In this document: positions 12,111 through 24,890 of the stretch, in pieces
Layout: the number at the start of each line of letters is the position of its first letter
How positions within the stretch are numbered: the stretch's first letter is position 1
Source: Anaeramoeba ignava BMAN
Lineage: Eukaryota; Protista; Anaeramoebae
NCBI GenBank assembly: GCA_028826165.1
Contig: JAPDFW010000054.1
Span: forward strand, 186,001-250,000
DNA: 64,000 nt
Direction: 5' to 3'
The notes under the pieces: generated by a model
Seen by the model: only the letters and a program-made list of their open reading frames with translations
The model's database searches: none
What the model was told of the DNA's origin: nothing
Position numbers and translations under genes: made by a program

Positions 12111-13916
12111 TTAATTATTAAATTTGTTAATTAATAAATCAAATAAATTTGGATTTGTTTGATTTAATTGAAAATAATCAATTCCTATTTGGATTTCATC
12201 AATGATTTCTTGTGTAATTTGAATTTCATCTTTAATTTGATTTGAATAAATCCAATATTCAAATATTTGAAATGATTTATTACTTAATTCACTATAATCT
12301 GTAACTTTATTAGAAGTATCTTCTGTTACAGATAAAAACATTCCTCGATATAATTCACTTCTCATTATTAATATTAATTTAGGAAATTTATATTGTTTTT
12401 CTTTTCTTTCAATTATAAAATCTTTTTCATTTTCATTTTCATTTAAATAAATTCTTTTAATTGTTTCTTCAATTTTTTCATTGGAATTTATAATTTCTTT
12501 AATTTCAGAATATAATTTTGGATTTATAATTCTGTTTGAATAAATCATTTCAAATATTTGATTTGATTCTTTAATTGATTTATTTGAAATAATTTCTTGA
12601 AGTTTTTCAATTTTATTTTGATTTTGATTTTGATTTAATCTATATTTCAATATTAATTTATGAGCTGAAATTATTGAACCATTTTTGGTTTTAAATGAAA
12701 TATCACAAAATTCTTTTCTTCTAAATAATTTTATCAAATCTTCTTCAAGATTGGAAAAAGAAGAAAGGAAAGGAGAATAATAAAGAAATGAATTGAAAAA
12801 TCCACAAGAAATATGATAATTAGAGATATCTTCATTAAATCTTAATTTAGGAAATTCAGTTTGAATTGGAATTAATTGATTTATTGTATTTCCAGTTCCT
12901 AATTCACCATAAAAATTATCTCCAAATCCAACTAATTTTGAATTGGAAGTTAAAATCAAAGTATGTTCATGTCCAACAGAAAAAGCAAGAATATTATCAT
13001 TATCATTTTCAAATAAAGATGATTTGATTTCAGTAAATTCATAAGTATTTTCATTTTTGCCAAGTCCATTACATTGATAATCTCCACATGAATAAAGTTT
13101 TCTTTTTGGATTTTGATTTTGATTTTGATTTTCAATCAACATTATTGAATGAGTATATCCACATTGAATATCAATTATTTTGCCTTTTGGAATATTTTGT
13201 ATTTTGGTTAATTTTTGGATTTCTGTTTCTTCTTTTATTGATTCTCCTAATCCAAGTTGACCATAATAATTATCTCCACATACAAATAATTCTTGATTTG
13301 AATTTAAAAGAAAAACATGATTTGAACAATTTCCTGTAAATATTTTAGAAACATTTTTCATCATTAAAATTGGTTTTTCTGTTTTTGGAAGTATTTTAAA
13401 ATCAAAACCAAGTTGACCATATTGATTTAAACCAATTCCATAAACATTTTGGTTTGAAGTTAATAAGTAAATTGTGCTGTATCCAGAAACAATATCTTGA
13501 ATTATTCTATCATTTAGATCTTCAATTAATGATGAAATATTGATAAATTCTTTTAGATTTTTTGGATTAATATCATTTCCTTTGGCAAATACATTTCCTT
13601 CTTTTGTTAAAATAGCTTCATTTTCAACACCAACAGATACTTTTTGAATATTTTCTTCAATTTGGATTTTTGAAGGATTTTGATCTGAATCATTTTCTCT
13701 TAGATATTCTATTGCTTTTCCATTTTTAAAAAGGAAAATTGTTGAAAAATAACTTGTTGAAATTTGTTTAATTTGTTTTTCATTTTCATTTTCATTTTCA
13801 TTTTCATTTTCATTTTCATTTTTAAATTTAAATTGAATTGGTTTTATTATTTTTTCTGGTTTATTTTTGAAAAGTTTTGGATTTTGATTCCAACCAAAAA
13901 ATAAACAATCATTCAT
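12111..13916 (-). CDS. RCC1-repeat + BTB-BTB protein (putative Cullin-3 adaptor), intronless
   Basis: RCC1 blades (G.N..GQLG, IQCGYTHS, SVGHEHT); BTB motifs FCDISF...SAHKLIL and KDFII...KLILIMRSELYRGMF...EYWIYSN. Confidence 0.9.
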   Translation of the reverse strand: MNDCLFFGWNQNPKLFKNKPEKIIKPIQFKFKNENENENENENENEKQIKQISTSYFSTIFLFKNGKAIEYLRENDSDQNPSKIQIEENIQKVSVGVENEAILTKEGNVFAKGNDINPKNLKEFINISSLIEDLNDRIIQDIVSGYSTIYLLTSNQNVYGIGLNQYGQLGFDFKILPKTEKPILMMKNVSKIFTGNCSNHVFLLNSNQELFVCGDNYYGQLGLGESIKEETEIQKLTKIQNIPKGKIIDIQCGYTHSIMLIENQNQNQNPKRKLYSCGDYQCNGLGKNENTYEFTEIKSSLFENDNDNILAFSVGHEHTLILTSNSKLVGFGDNFYGELGTGNTINQLIPIQTEFPKLRFNEDISNYHISCGFFNSFLYYSPFLSSFSNLEEDLIKLFRRKEFCDISFKTKNGSIISAHKLILKYRLNQNQNQNKIEKLQEIISNKSIKESNQIFEMIYSNRIINPKLYSEIKEIINSNEKIEETIKRIYLNENENEKDFIIERKEKQYKFPKLILIMRSELYRGMFLSVTEDTSNKVTDYSELSNKSFQIFEYWIYSNQIKDEIQITQEIIDEIQIGIDYFQLNQTNPNLFDLLINKFNN

Positions 13917-13998
13917 TTTAAAAAGAAAAAAAAATGAAAAAATGAAAAAAATGGAAATTTATTTTTTTCTTTTTTAAATTTTTGATTATTAATTTTTT

Positions 13999-15986
13999 AT
14001 GGCATTTAGTAGAAAAAATTGTTTTGGAATTTTTTGTATTTTTATTGTTGTTTTTATTTGGGTTGGATCTTCAGAATTGATGAATTATCTTTTTACTTCA
14101 CAAGGATATGACAAACCTTATTTTCTTGCATATTTTGATACAGGTCTCTTTTCTGTTTATCTTTTTGGTTTTTTATTCCATCCAAAATGGAAAAGGCAAT
14201 GCAGTAAAAATTGGTAATCAAAATTAAAATTAAAATCAAATTGAAAATCAAAATCAAAATCAAAATCAAAATAAAAATCAAAATCAAAATCAAATGGAAA
14301 TTGAAGTTCCAAATCAAAATTAAAATCAAAATAAAAATCAAAATCAAAATCAAAATAAAAATCAAAATCAAAATCAAAATCAAAATTAAAATTAAAATCA
14401 AAATCAAAATCAAAATTAAAATCAAAATTAAAATGAAAATCAAAATTAAAATTAAAATTAAAATCAAAATCAAAATCAAAATCAAAATCAAAATCAAAAT
14501 CAAAATCAAAATCAAAATCAAAATTAAAATGAAAATTAAAATCAAAATAAATCAAAATTAAAATGAAAATCAAAATCAAAATCAAAATCAAAATCAAAAT
14601 AAAAATCAAAATCAAAATCAAAATCAAAATTAAAATTAAAATCAAAATTAAAATCAAAATCAAAATCAAATTGAAAATCAAATTGAAAATCAAAATCAAA
14701 ATCAAAATCAAATTCAAAATCAAAATTAAAATCAAAATCAAAATCAAAATCAAAATAAAAATCAAAATAAAAATCAAAATCAAAATCAAAATAAAAATCA
14801 AAATTAAAATAAAAATCAAAATCAAATTAAAAGTCCAAAAGAAACAATGAAAGAAATTTCATCATGTATTTGTTGTAGAAATATAAAGAAAAAGGAAATA
14901 TTAATTAAAAAAGATGAAACAGAATCTGAAATTGAATCTATATCAACAAATGAATCTGAAAATGAAAAATTTATTGAAAATGAAAATGAAAATGAAAATG
15001 AAAATGAAAATGAAAATGAAAATGAAAATCAAAATCAAAATCAAAATGAAAATCAAAAATTGATTGAATCAAATGAATCAAGTGATGATCTCCAAAAATT
15101 AATTTCATTAGAAAGAAAAGAACTAGAAAAACCAGAAAAAATTAAAGTACCTATTGCGGAAATTGTAAAAATATCAACAACAATAGCACCTTTTTGGTTT
15201 TTTGCGAATTACACATTCAATTTAAGCTTATCTTTAACTGATGTTTCAAGTAACACAATAATTTCAGCAACAAGCAGTTTTTTCACTTTAATTTTTGGAG
15301 TAATAATCAAAGTGGATCAGTTTAGTTTTGCAAAGATTTTCTCAGTTCTTTTATGTTTTGGAGGAGTAATTTGTGTTTCTTTATCAGATCGTAAAAATTC
15401 ATCAGGAAATTCAAGTTTTATTGGTGATTTAATATCGCTTTTATCTGCAGCAATCTATGGAATTTATACGATAATGATTAAGAAAAAATTGGATGATAAA
15501 AATATTTCTGGACCGATTTTCTTTGGGTTTTTAGGACTTTCTTCTTTTGTTTTATTGTGGCCTTTTTTATTACTTTTAGACTTGACAAAACTTGAAAAAT
15601 TTGAGTTTCCAACTTCAATGAATTTGGTTTATGTTGTTTTAAATGCACTTGTTGGCTCAGTAATTAGTGACTATTTTTGGTTACTTGCTGTTTTGTTTAC
15701 TTCTCCTCTTGCTGCTACTTTAGGATTGAGTTTAACTTTGCCTGTTGCTATGGTTGCTGATATTTTTATCAAATCAAGAAAATTTTCCCTAATTTATATT
15801 TTTGGATCTTTAATGGTGATTTTTGCTTTTGTTCTGATTAATTTGAATGAAAAATTTTCTTTTATTGATCATAAAATTGTTTCTTGTTGTCAAAAAAAAA
15901 AACAAAAGTTAAATCAAAATGAAAATCAAAATGAAAATCAAAATCAAAATGAAAATCAAAATGAAAATTCAACTTTGATAAATTAG
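13999..15986 (+). CDS. SLC35F5/Thi74-like EamA (DMT) transporter; exons 13999-14213 and 14834-15986
   Basis: VVFIWVGSSEL, YDKPYF, FWFFANYTFN.SL..T.VSS.TIIS.TSSFFTL, GD..SL.SA..YG.Y, SDYFW..A...TSPL.AT.GLSLT.P; in-frame GT-AG splice. Confidence 0.9.
14214..14833 (+). repeat. 620-bp intron made of (AAATCA/AAATTA)n
   Basis: GTAATC...AAAG boundaries restore the reading frame. Confidence 0.9.
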
Positions 15987-16090
15987 AATTTTTTTTGCTT
16001 TATTATTTTAACTGAATTTGATTTAGAAATAAAAAGTAAAATTTAAAAGAAAATTTCTTTTTGAATTTCATTTTTAAAAAGTTTTTGGAT

Positions 16091-18049
16091 TTAATTTTTG
16101 TTTTGATTCTCATTTGTTGGTTGATTTAACATTTGATTTAATGATTGATCTTGATTTTGATTTTGATTTTGATTTTGATTTAACTTTTGATTTTGATTTT
16201 GATTTAAATTTTGATTTTGATTTTGAATTTGATTTAACTTTTGAATTTGATTTAAATTTTGAATTTGATTTTTTTTTTGAATTTGAATTTCGATTTCGTT
16301 TTTTTCGATTTGAATTTTTTGAATTTGATTTAAATTTTGATTTTGATTTTCAATTTGTGTTTTATTAATTTGTATTTGTATTTCTTTTTTTTGAATTTGA
16401 TTTTGATTTTGATTTTGAATTTGATTTTGATTTTGATTTTGATTTTGAATTTGATTTTGATTTTGAATTTGATTTTGAATTTGATTTTGAATTTGATTTT
16501 GATTTTGATCTGGAACTTCAATTTCCATTTGATTTTGATTTTGATTTTGATTTTGATTTTGATTTTGAATTTCATTTTGATTTGGGTTTGGATTTGGATT
16601 TGGATTTTCAATTTTCATTTTATTTTCATTTTGAGTTTGATTTTTATTTAATACTTCATTTTGAATTTGGTTTTGATTTTTTTGGATATTAGGGCGTTCA
16701 ACATAATTATCCATAGTTTGATTTGTTTTTTTAGTTTGATTTGTTTTTTTGGATTGATTTGTTTTTTTAGTTTGATTTGTCTTTTTAGGTTGATCTGTTT
16801 TTTTAGGTTGATCTGTTTTTTTAGTTTGATTTGTTTTTTTAGTTTGATTTGTCTTTTTAGTTTGATTTGTCTTTTTAGTTTGATTTGTCTTTTTAGTTTG
16901 ATTTGTTTTTTTGGATTGATTTGTTTTTTTAGTTTGATTTGTTTTTTTAGTTTGATTTGTTTTTTTGGATTGATTTGTTTTTTTAGGTTGATCTGTTTTT
17001 TTAGTTTGATTTGGTTTTTTAGTTTGATTTGTTTTTTTAGTTTGATTTGTTTTTTTGGATTGATTTGTTTTTTTAGTTTGATCTGTTTTTTTAGTTTGAT
17101 TTGTCTTTTTAGGTTGATTTGTCTTTTTAGATTGATTTGTCTTTTTGGTTTGATCTGTCTTTTTGGTTTGATTTGTTTTTTTGGATTGATCTGTTTTTGA
17201 TTTTGATTTTGATTTTGATTTTGATTTTGATTTCTTTGGATCTTTGGATTTGGATTTGGATTTAGATTTAGATTTGGGGTTGTTTGTATCTTTGGATTTG
17301 GATTTCTTTGAATCTTTTGATTTTGATTTTTTTGAATCTTTTGATTCTTTTGATTTATGTTTTGATTTATGTTTTGATTTTTTTGGTTTTTTGATCTCAT
17401 TCGACTTTTTATTATTATCTGCATTCTTTCTTTTTTTTGATTTTGATTTCTTTGAATCTTTTGAATGCTTTTTATGTTTTTTATGTTTTTTATGTTTTGA
17501 ATGCTTTTTATCTTTTTCATCTTTTGATTGTTTTTCATCTTTTTTATCTTTTTCATCTTTTTTATCTTTTTCATCTTTTTCATCTTTTTCATCTTTTTTA
17601 TCTTTTTCATCTTTTTCATCTTTTGATTGTTTTTCATCTTTTGATTGTTTTTCATCTTTTTCATCTTTTTCATCTTTTTCATCTTTTTTATGTTTTTTAT
17701 GTTTTGATTCTTTTGGTTTTTTAACATATTTTCTTAAACGTTTTGTTGTTGGATTTTCATCAGGAAAAAAAATACACAATCGAATTCTTGTATCTGAATC
17801 TCGATGTAACTCAGAATCATCAATAAAATCATCTTCATCTTTGGATCTTTTCTTTCTTCTTTTTGTGTAAATAATACCTCTTTCAAGACGAGCAAGTACT
17901 TCATCAAATTTCTCAATTTTTTTAGGTACTTTTGGTGGTTTTTTATTTAATGAAAATGTATTTTTATCAAGATTTGAAAAATCAACTGGAATCACTTTAA
18001 AAATATCTTTCTTTTTTGGAATAACAGAAGATTCAGGTTCTTCAAACAT
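16091..18049 (-). CDS. Lys/Asn/Gln-rich low-complexity nuclear protein with a probable HUN (Hpc2/ubinuclein) motif
   Basis: [10 protein letters not shown]...[10 protein letters not shown] resembles the [11 protein letters not shown] histone H3.3-binding motif; followed by DEK, KSK, KKTNQT (18-bp) and NQ repeats. Confidence 0.55.
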   Translation of the reverse strand: MFEEPESSVIPKKKDIFKVIPVDFSNLDKNTFSLNKKPPKVPKKIEKFDEVLARLERGIIYTKRRKKRSKDEDDFIDDSELHRDSDTRIRLCIFFPDENPTTKRLRKYVKKPKESKHKKHKKDEKDEKDEKDEKQSKDEKQSKDEKDEKDKKDEKDEKDEKDKKDEKDKKDEKQSKDEKDKKHSKHKKHKKHKKHSKDSKKSKSKKRKNADNNKKSNEIKKPKKSKHKSKHKSKESKDSKKSKSKDSKKSKSKDTNNPKSKSKSKSKSKDPKKSKSKSKSKSKSKTDQSKKTNQTKKTDQTKKTNQSKKTNQPKKTNQTKKTDQTKKTNQSKKTNQTKKTNQTKKPNQTKKTDQPKKTNQSKKTNQTKKTNQTKKTNQSKKTNQTKKTNQTKKTNQTKKTNQTKKTNQTKKTDQPKKTDQPKKTNQTKKTNQSKKTNQTKKTNQTMDNYVERPNIQKNQNQIQNEVLNKNQTQNENKMKIENPNPNPNPNQNEIQNQNQNQNQNQNQMEIEVPDQNQNQIQNQIQNQIQNQNQIQNQNQNQNQIQNQNQNQIQKKEIQIQINKTQIENQNQNLNQIQKIQIEKNEIEIQIQKKNQIQNLNQIQKLNQIQNQNQNLNQNQNQKLNQNQNQNQNQDQSLNQMLNQPTNENQNKN

Positions 18050-18130
18050 AATTATTATAAAAAAGAGAGAAAAAATGAAAAAATTAAAAAAATGAAAATT
18101 AAAAAATTAAAAAAAAATATTTTAACGGAT

Positions 18131-18469
18131 CAAATTAAAATTCAATAAAAATTCAAATTAAAATTCAAATAAAATTCAATTTAAAATTCAAATAAAAATT
18201 CAAATTAAAATTTAAATAAAATTCAAATTAAAATTCAAATTAAAATTCAAATTAAAATTCAATTAAAATTCAAATTAAAATTCAAATTAAAATTCAAATA
18301 AAATTCAAATTAAAATTCAAATTAAAATTCAATTAAAATTCAATTTAAAAATTTAAATAAAAATTCAAATTAAAAATTCAAATTAAAAATTTGGATTTCA
18401 TTTTAATTCATTCCTAAAAAGATTCCAATAAAAATTCAAAATAAAATCAAATTAAAATTCAATTCAAAT
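18131..18469. repeat. ~12-bp tandem repeat (AAAATTCAAATT) downstream of SF3B1
   Basis: Directly visible. Confidence 0.85.
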
Positions 18470-21400
18470 CTATATAAAATATTCCAATTCATTTCTTAAA
18501 TAATTATTTCTAACAACTTTATCAAAAACATTTTCATTTTCAAATTGATTTTCATTTTCAAATTGATTTTGATTTTGATTTTGAATTTGATTTTGAATTT
18601 GATTTTGATTTGTAGGATTTTTTCCTTCAAGATTTGGATCAAGATTTCTTTTTGATTGAACAATAGCATTACATTCTACACCCGAAAGAAGCCTTGAATC
18701 AAGCCAAACATCATCAATAATTCTTGGATAACCAGCAAGAAGAGCTTCTTGGTCATAAAAATAAAGCATTTTATAAACTCTCCAAAAAGGAGCACGAACT
18801 TTTCTAGCAGGATGAAAGAGACCTTGAAGAACATAGTACATGATCCTAACGGAACCAAGGGCAACTCTTAAAGCCTCAATGGCTTCATAAACAGCATTAA
18901 TAACATGAGGAGAAGTTTCGAAAATATTTGGCCAAACATAGTTCAATAAGTGAATAAGCGCATCCTCGCATCCCAATCCAAATGAGCCTAACGCAAGATT
19001 CTTTACTGCGTTGCATGCTAGTTGTCGATGCACTAGATCTCGATCAGATAGTGCATCTTCAAGAAGAGGTGTTACTACGTATATGTAATCTTTACTCATT
19101 TCTCCAATGTATTCAAACATAAATGATAATGCTTTTAATACTCCGTTTTGTACATTTAATTGTGGTATTCGATATTCATTCATTAGTGCGGGTATTGTTG
19201 TAAATGGTCCACAAGTTTCTGAGACAATTGCTTTTATATTTTCAAAAAAATAAATATTCAAATTAATATAAAAATTAAAATTAAAATTAAAATTAATATA
19301 AAAATTAATATTAAAATTAAAATTAAAATTCAAATTAAAATTAAAATTAATATTCAAATTAAAATTAATATAAAATTAAAATTAAAATTAAAATTAATAT
19401 TAAAATTAAAATTAAAATTAAAATTAAAATTAAAATTAAAATTAAAATTTAAATTAAAATTAAAATTAAAATTAAAATTAAAATTAAAATTAAAATTAAA
19501 ATTAAAATTAAAATTAAAATTAAAATTTACCAATTGCAATTGTTGTACAAACTCGGTTTTGTCGATCTTGTACTTTTAAATTATTAAGAAGAGCTAAAAG
19601 AACATCATGAGGTCCAATAGCTTTTGAAATATATCCAAAAGTATTTACAGTTGCTTTTCTTATTGATTTTTTATGAGCCTTTTTTTTTTTAATTAAAAAA
19701 ATTAAATTAAAAATTAAATTTAAAAAATTAAAATAAAAAATTACCTTTAACATTTCAAGCAATTCAAAACAAACTCTCATCCATTCACGAGAAGAAACAT
19801 GAGTTGAACCTAAATCAGCAATTCTTCCTACAAGATTGATACAATTTTCTTGTACCTTTTCATGCCTGTTTCTTAAAATTGGTGTTAATCTTGGAAGCAA
19901 ATCAGAAACTGATGGATTCATTTCTTCCATTCCAAGTGAAACAAGAATAGATTTTAATCCTTTTAAAATACTTCCAAGAACTTCAGGATATTCTTCTCCT
20001 AAATGCTCATATAAAAGTCCTCCAAAATGCCTTAATGATTTTTGCTCATCACATTGTTTTTGTACTTCTGCAATATTTGCAATAAGATCTGCTCCTTGTT
20101 GACGAACTTTTGGTGACTATTTTTTAAATAATTATAATAATAATAAAGTGTTTATATTTTTTTTTAGTTTTCATGTTTGAAGAAATTATTAATTCATTTT
20201 TGTTTAGTTGTCATGTTTGAGGAAAATATTTGTTTTGTTTAATTTTAAATAATAATTTCAAACCTTATTAGTTAATTTCCATGAAATAGTTCCGTTAATC
20301 GTTGGAAGATACGGTTTACTTCTTGTTCCCAAAATTTTCAAAACTTCGGAAAAACCTTGAACAATAATTCGACCATCATCACTCATTTGCTCTTGAAAAG
20401 CAGTCAAACATCCATCAACTAGTTGCTCCTCAAGACGAATATCAACATCAGTTGCGCCTAAATCAATAAGAATTTTATAAATAACTTCCATAACCATTTT
20501 CCTAAACGGTTCATTCTCGTCTTTTAGATGAAAAACAACTCGACGAATCACTTCACTAGATCCAACTTTCGAAGCAATTTCGGTTGTTGTTTCAATTAAC
20601 TGCTTTCGGTTTCTGCGATCCAAAGCCATTCTTCGAATCCAAAAAAAATTAAAAAAAGCAGGATTGATTTCCTCTTTAACATATAATGCGGTTACTCCTT
20701 CTGTTCCCACACATTGCTTGACTACTTTGAGTACAATTTTCTTCATCTCATCGTCTGTTGTTTGGAATTCTCTGATCAAAATGGGCATGACTTCTTTTGT
20801 ATAGTAAGCAGCGTGTTCTGGTTCCATTAATGGGATGATGTATCCAATTGATTTAAGATAAGCAGCTAATCCTTTTCCTCTTTGTTCTCTAATTCCTAGC
20901 CAAAGGGGTTTGAGAACAGGATCAAATGATTCAATTCCATAAGGAGCAGAAGCTTCAGCAAGAGCAGATATTGCCAGAGCTGTGATTGTTCTTACTTTCT
21001 ATTAAATTTTTATAAATAATTTTTATAATTAAATTTTTATAATTAAATTTTATAAATAATTTTATAATTAAATTTTAAATTAAATTTTTATAAATAATTT
21101 TATAATTAAATTTTATAAATAAATTTTATAATTAAATTTTTAAATTATATTTTATAATAATTTACCTGTTGAGAATCTGATAACCCTCTAAATACAATAT
21201 TGACTAAAGATTTCAAATGAGGAAGAACAGCACAACCCATTAAAATGGCAATTTGTTGGACAATCTTAATTCCAGTATGCTTGGCTTGCCAGGATTTTTT
21301 ACTTCTGCAAACAGCCTTCAAAAAAGGTAGCAATGAATTAATTCCCAAAGCACTTGCAACAACAGCAAAAGCTCTTGCAGTTGTATTTCTCACATATTCA

Positions 21401-24400
21401 TTAATATGATCTATATCTGGTCTCATAGTAGAAATCATTGTTGAAAACCCAGCAGCTTTACTGAGATTGGAAATGATCTCACGACCTTCAATTCTGGCAT
21501 AATAATCCTCATCAATTAATAAGGGCTCAATAACAACAAGAATTTTATGGACATATGGTCTTACGAGATCATCCAATTTATAAAGGATTCTATCGATCAC
21601 TTTAACAAGAAGATGTCTTTCTTGGTCTTCCAATGAAGACGACATAAGAAGAGGTAAAATTTGATTAAAAAGAGCATCTGGCCCGAATTCGCGTGCTTGT
21701 TCTGTAATTAACCGCAGAGCTCTTCTGCGCACAGGAGGAGCACCGTTCTTTATTTTTAAAAGAAGTTCCATGATTAATCGATCACGTGCTTCTTCTGTTG
21801 TTAATTCTTCGCCATCTTTTTGTTCTAATATTTTGCCAAAAAATTCATAATCTTCTGGTTTAAATGATGGTAAATGTGGTGGTGTTGGCGGTAAGTCTTC
21901 TCCTAGGTAATTTCCGCTGTCTGGTATCTCGTATAATGGTGTTTGATCGCTGTTTAAAGATGGTGTTCCTTGTAGTTTTCGAAGTGGTGTTCTTATTGGT
22001 TGATATGTTGGTGGTGGTGTTAAGATTTTGTAACCATCTCTTGGAAGAAGTTCGTCAAGATCATCATCTGTTAATTCTTTATTTCTTTCATCCATTTCTT
22101 TTTCGTATCTATATTGTCTTATTAAGTCAGGAGTTGCTTGTGGAGTTCCTTTTAATTTTTAAATTTAAAATAAATTTTAATTTTAATTTCAAAATAAATT
22201 TTAATTTTAATTTTAAATTCAAAATAAATTTTAATTTTAAATTTAAATTCAAAATAAATTTTAATTTTAATTTTAAATTCAAAATAAATTTTAATTTTAA
22301 TTTAAATTTTAATTTTAATTTTAATTTTAATTTTAATTTTAATTTTTAATTTTAATTTTATTAATTTTAATTTTAATTCAAAATAAATTTTAATTTTAAT
22401 TTTAATTTTAATTTTAATTTTGATATTAATTATAATTTTAATTTTAATTTTAATTTTAATTTTAATTTTAATTTTAATTTTAATTTTAATTTTAATTTTA
22501 ATTTTAATATTTAATTTTAATTTTAATTTTGATTTTAATTTTAATTTTAATTTTAATTTTAATTTTAATTTTAATTTTAATTTTAATTTAAATTAAATTT
22601 TTATACCATAAACAGGAGTTGTCATTCCTGATGTTCCAACTGGAGTAACTCCTCCATTATTCATTACAAGTGGTGTTTTATCCCATCTAGATGTTTTTTT
22701 CCGATTTTCTTCATCAGAATCCCAACTATTTTGTTTTTCAATTGATTTCTCTTCTTCAATACTTGGTCCAGAATCCCATTTTGTTTTTCTTATTCTTGTT
22801 CCAGAAATTTTTTCTTGATTTTCATCTTTTTCTTTTTGTGGTCCAATATCCCATTTTGATTTTCTGATTTGAGGTTTTCCACTTTTTAAAATGGAATATA
22901 AAATAAAGAATAAAAATATTTATTAATATATATATTTATATTTATATTTATTTTTAGATTTATATTTATATTTATATTTATATTTATTTTTATATTTATA
23001 TTAATATTTATATTTATTTTTATATTTAGATTTCGATTTAGATTTATAATTATATTTATATTTATATTTATATTTATATTTATATTTATATTTATATTTA
23101 TATTTATATTTATATTTATATTTATATTTATATTTATATTTATATTTATTTTTATATTTATATTTATATTTATATTTATATTTATATTTATATTTATATT
23201 TATATTTATATTTATATTTATATTTATATTTATATTTATATTTATATTTAATATATATTTATATTTATATTTATATTTATATTTATAATTATATTTATAT
23301 TTATATTTATAATTTATATTTATATTTATATTTATATTTATATTTATATTTATATTTATATTTATATTTATATTTATATTTATATTTATATTTATATTTA
23401 TATTTATATTTATTTTATATTTATATTTATATTTATATTTATATTTATATTTATATTTATATTTATATTTATATTTATATTTATATTTATATTTATATTT
23501 ATATTTATTTTTATTTTTATTTTTTTATATTTTATATTTATATTTTATATTTATATTTATATTTATATTTATATATTTATATTTATATTTATATTTATAT
23601 TTTTATATTTATATTTATATTTATATTTTATAATTATATTTTATATTTATATTTAATTTTTTATATTTTATTTATATTTTATATTTTATATTTATATTTA
23701 TATTTATATTTATATTTATATTTATATTTATATTTATATTTATATTTATATTTAGATTTATATTTATAATTATATTTATATTTATATTTATATTTATATT
23801 TATATTTATATTTATATTTATATTTATATTTATATTTATATTTATATTTATATTTATATTTATATTTAGATTTATATTTTAAATATTTATATTTATATTT
23901 ATATTTGTATTTATATTTATATTTATATTTATATTTATATTTATAATTATAATTATAATTATAATAATATTTATATTTATATTTTGATTTATATTTATAT
24001 TTTTATTTTAATTTATAAAAATTATGTCAGAGTTAATTCAAATATTTTATTAATTTTTTTTTACTTTGTATTTTCTTCATTTTCAATCTTTTTAGGTTCA
24101 ACTTCTGGATTAGCAACATCCCATCTTCTTCTCTTTCTAACAGCATTCTCATTAACAACCGAATTTACAGAATTACGAGGTTGTTCATTTTGGGAAGTAT
24201 TTTGAGGTTGAGCAGAGATTTGAGTCTTTTTCTCATCGATTTTCTTTTGACGAATTTTTTCCAAAATCAAAGGTTCTTGAATTTCGTTTTCTCTCATCAT
24301 CATAATTTCTCGGTAACTAAGAGCATTTGAATTGGAGTTGCCGCTGTTTTTGTTTATATTGAGAAATGGGTCGGTTTGTTCTTGAAGTAGAAGATCCTTA

Positions 24401-24603
24401 TTACGAATCTCCCTACCTTTTGTTTGATAATCGTTTTCTCGATCCTTAATTGTTCTTCTTTTTGTTTCAAAAAATGGATCTTCTGCACTATTTTCTCCAA
24501 TATTTACTTGTGCCATTTCTTCTAAAAACTCTTGTGGATTTGTTTTTTTACGGAAAAGTTTGGTTTCTTTTTGTTTATTATCTTTATCTTTATTTATATT
24601 CAT
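18470..24603 (-). CDS. SF3B1: Splicing factor 3B subunit 1 (~1270 aa); exons 24603-24065, 22881-22607, 22148-21166, 20998-20264, 20116-19745, 19678-19531, 19230-18470
   Basis: RWD-type ULMs, p14-binding [18 protein letters not shown] repeats ([55 protein letters not shown]); all junctions are GT-AG and in frame. Confidence 0.98.
22920..24010. repeat. (TATATT)n microsatellite filling SF3B1 intron 1
   Basis: Directly visible. Confidence 0.95.
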
Positions 24604-24746
24604 TTTTAGAAAAATTAAAAGAAATAAAAGAAAAAAAATGAAAAAAAAAATTAATTAAAAAAAATAAAAATAAAAAAAGGAGAAAAATATTAAAAAATAA
24701 AAAAGGAGAAAAATTTATTTTTTTTTCTTTTAAAAATTTTCGAAAC

Positions 24747-24797
24747 AATATTATCCAATAAATTTTGAGAAAAAATCAAAAATTATTGGATAATATT
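24747..24797. promoter_or_regulatory. 22-bp inverted repeat with opposed CCAAT boxes in the SF3B1/H2B divergent promoter
   Basis: AATATTATCCAATAAATTTTGA-7nt-TCAAAAATTATTGGATAATATT (21 of 22 positions pair). Confidence 0.65.
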
Positions 24798-24837
24798 TGA
24801 TTAATTTTATTTAAATAAATATTTTTTTTATTTTTTT

Positions 24838-24847
24838 TTTCATTTTT
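24838..24847 (+). promoter_or_regulatory. TCA(T)n initiator-like element upstream of H2B (one example of a motif present before most genes here)
   Basis: Sense-strand TTCATTTTTT occurs about 20-110 nt upstream of at least 14 start codons in the window. Confidence 0.55.
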
Positions 24848-24890
24848 TATTTTTTATTTTTTTAAATATTTTAAATTAATTAAATTAATT

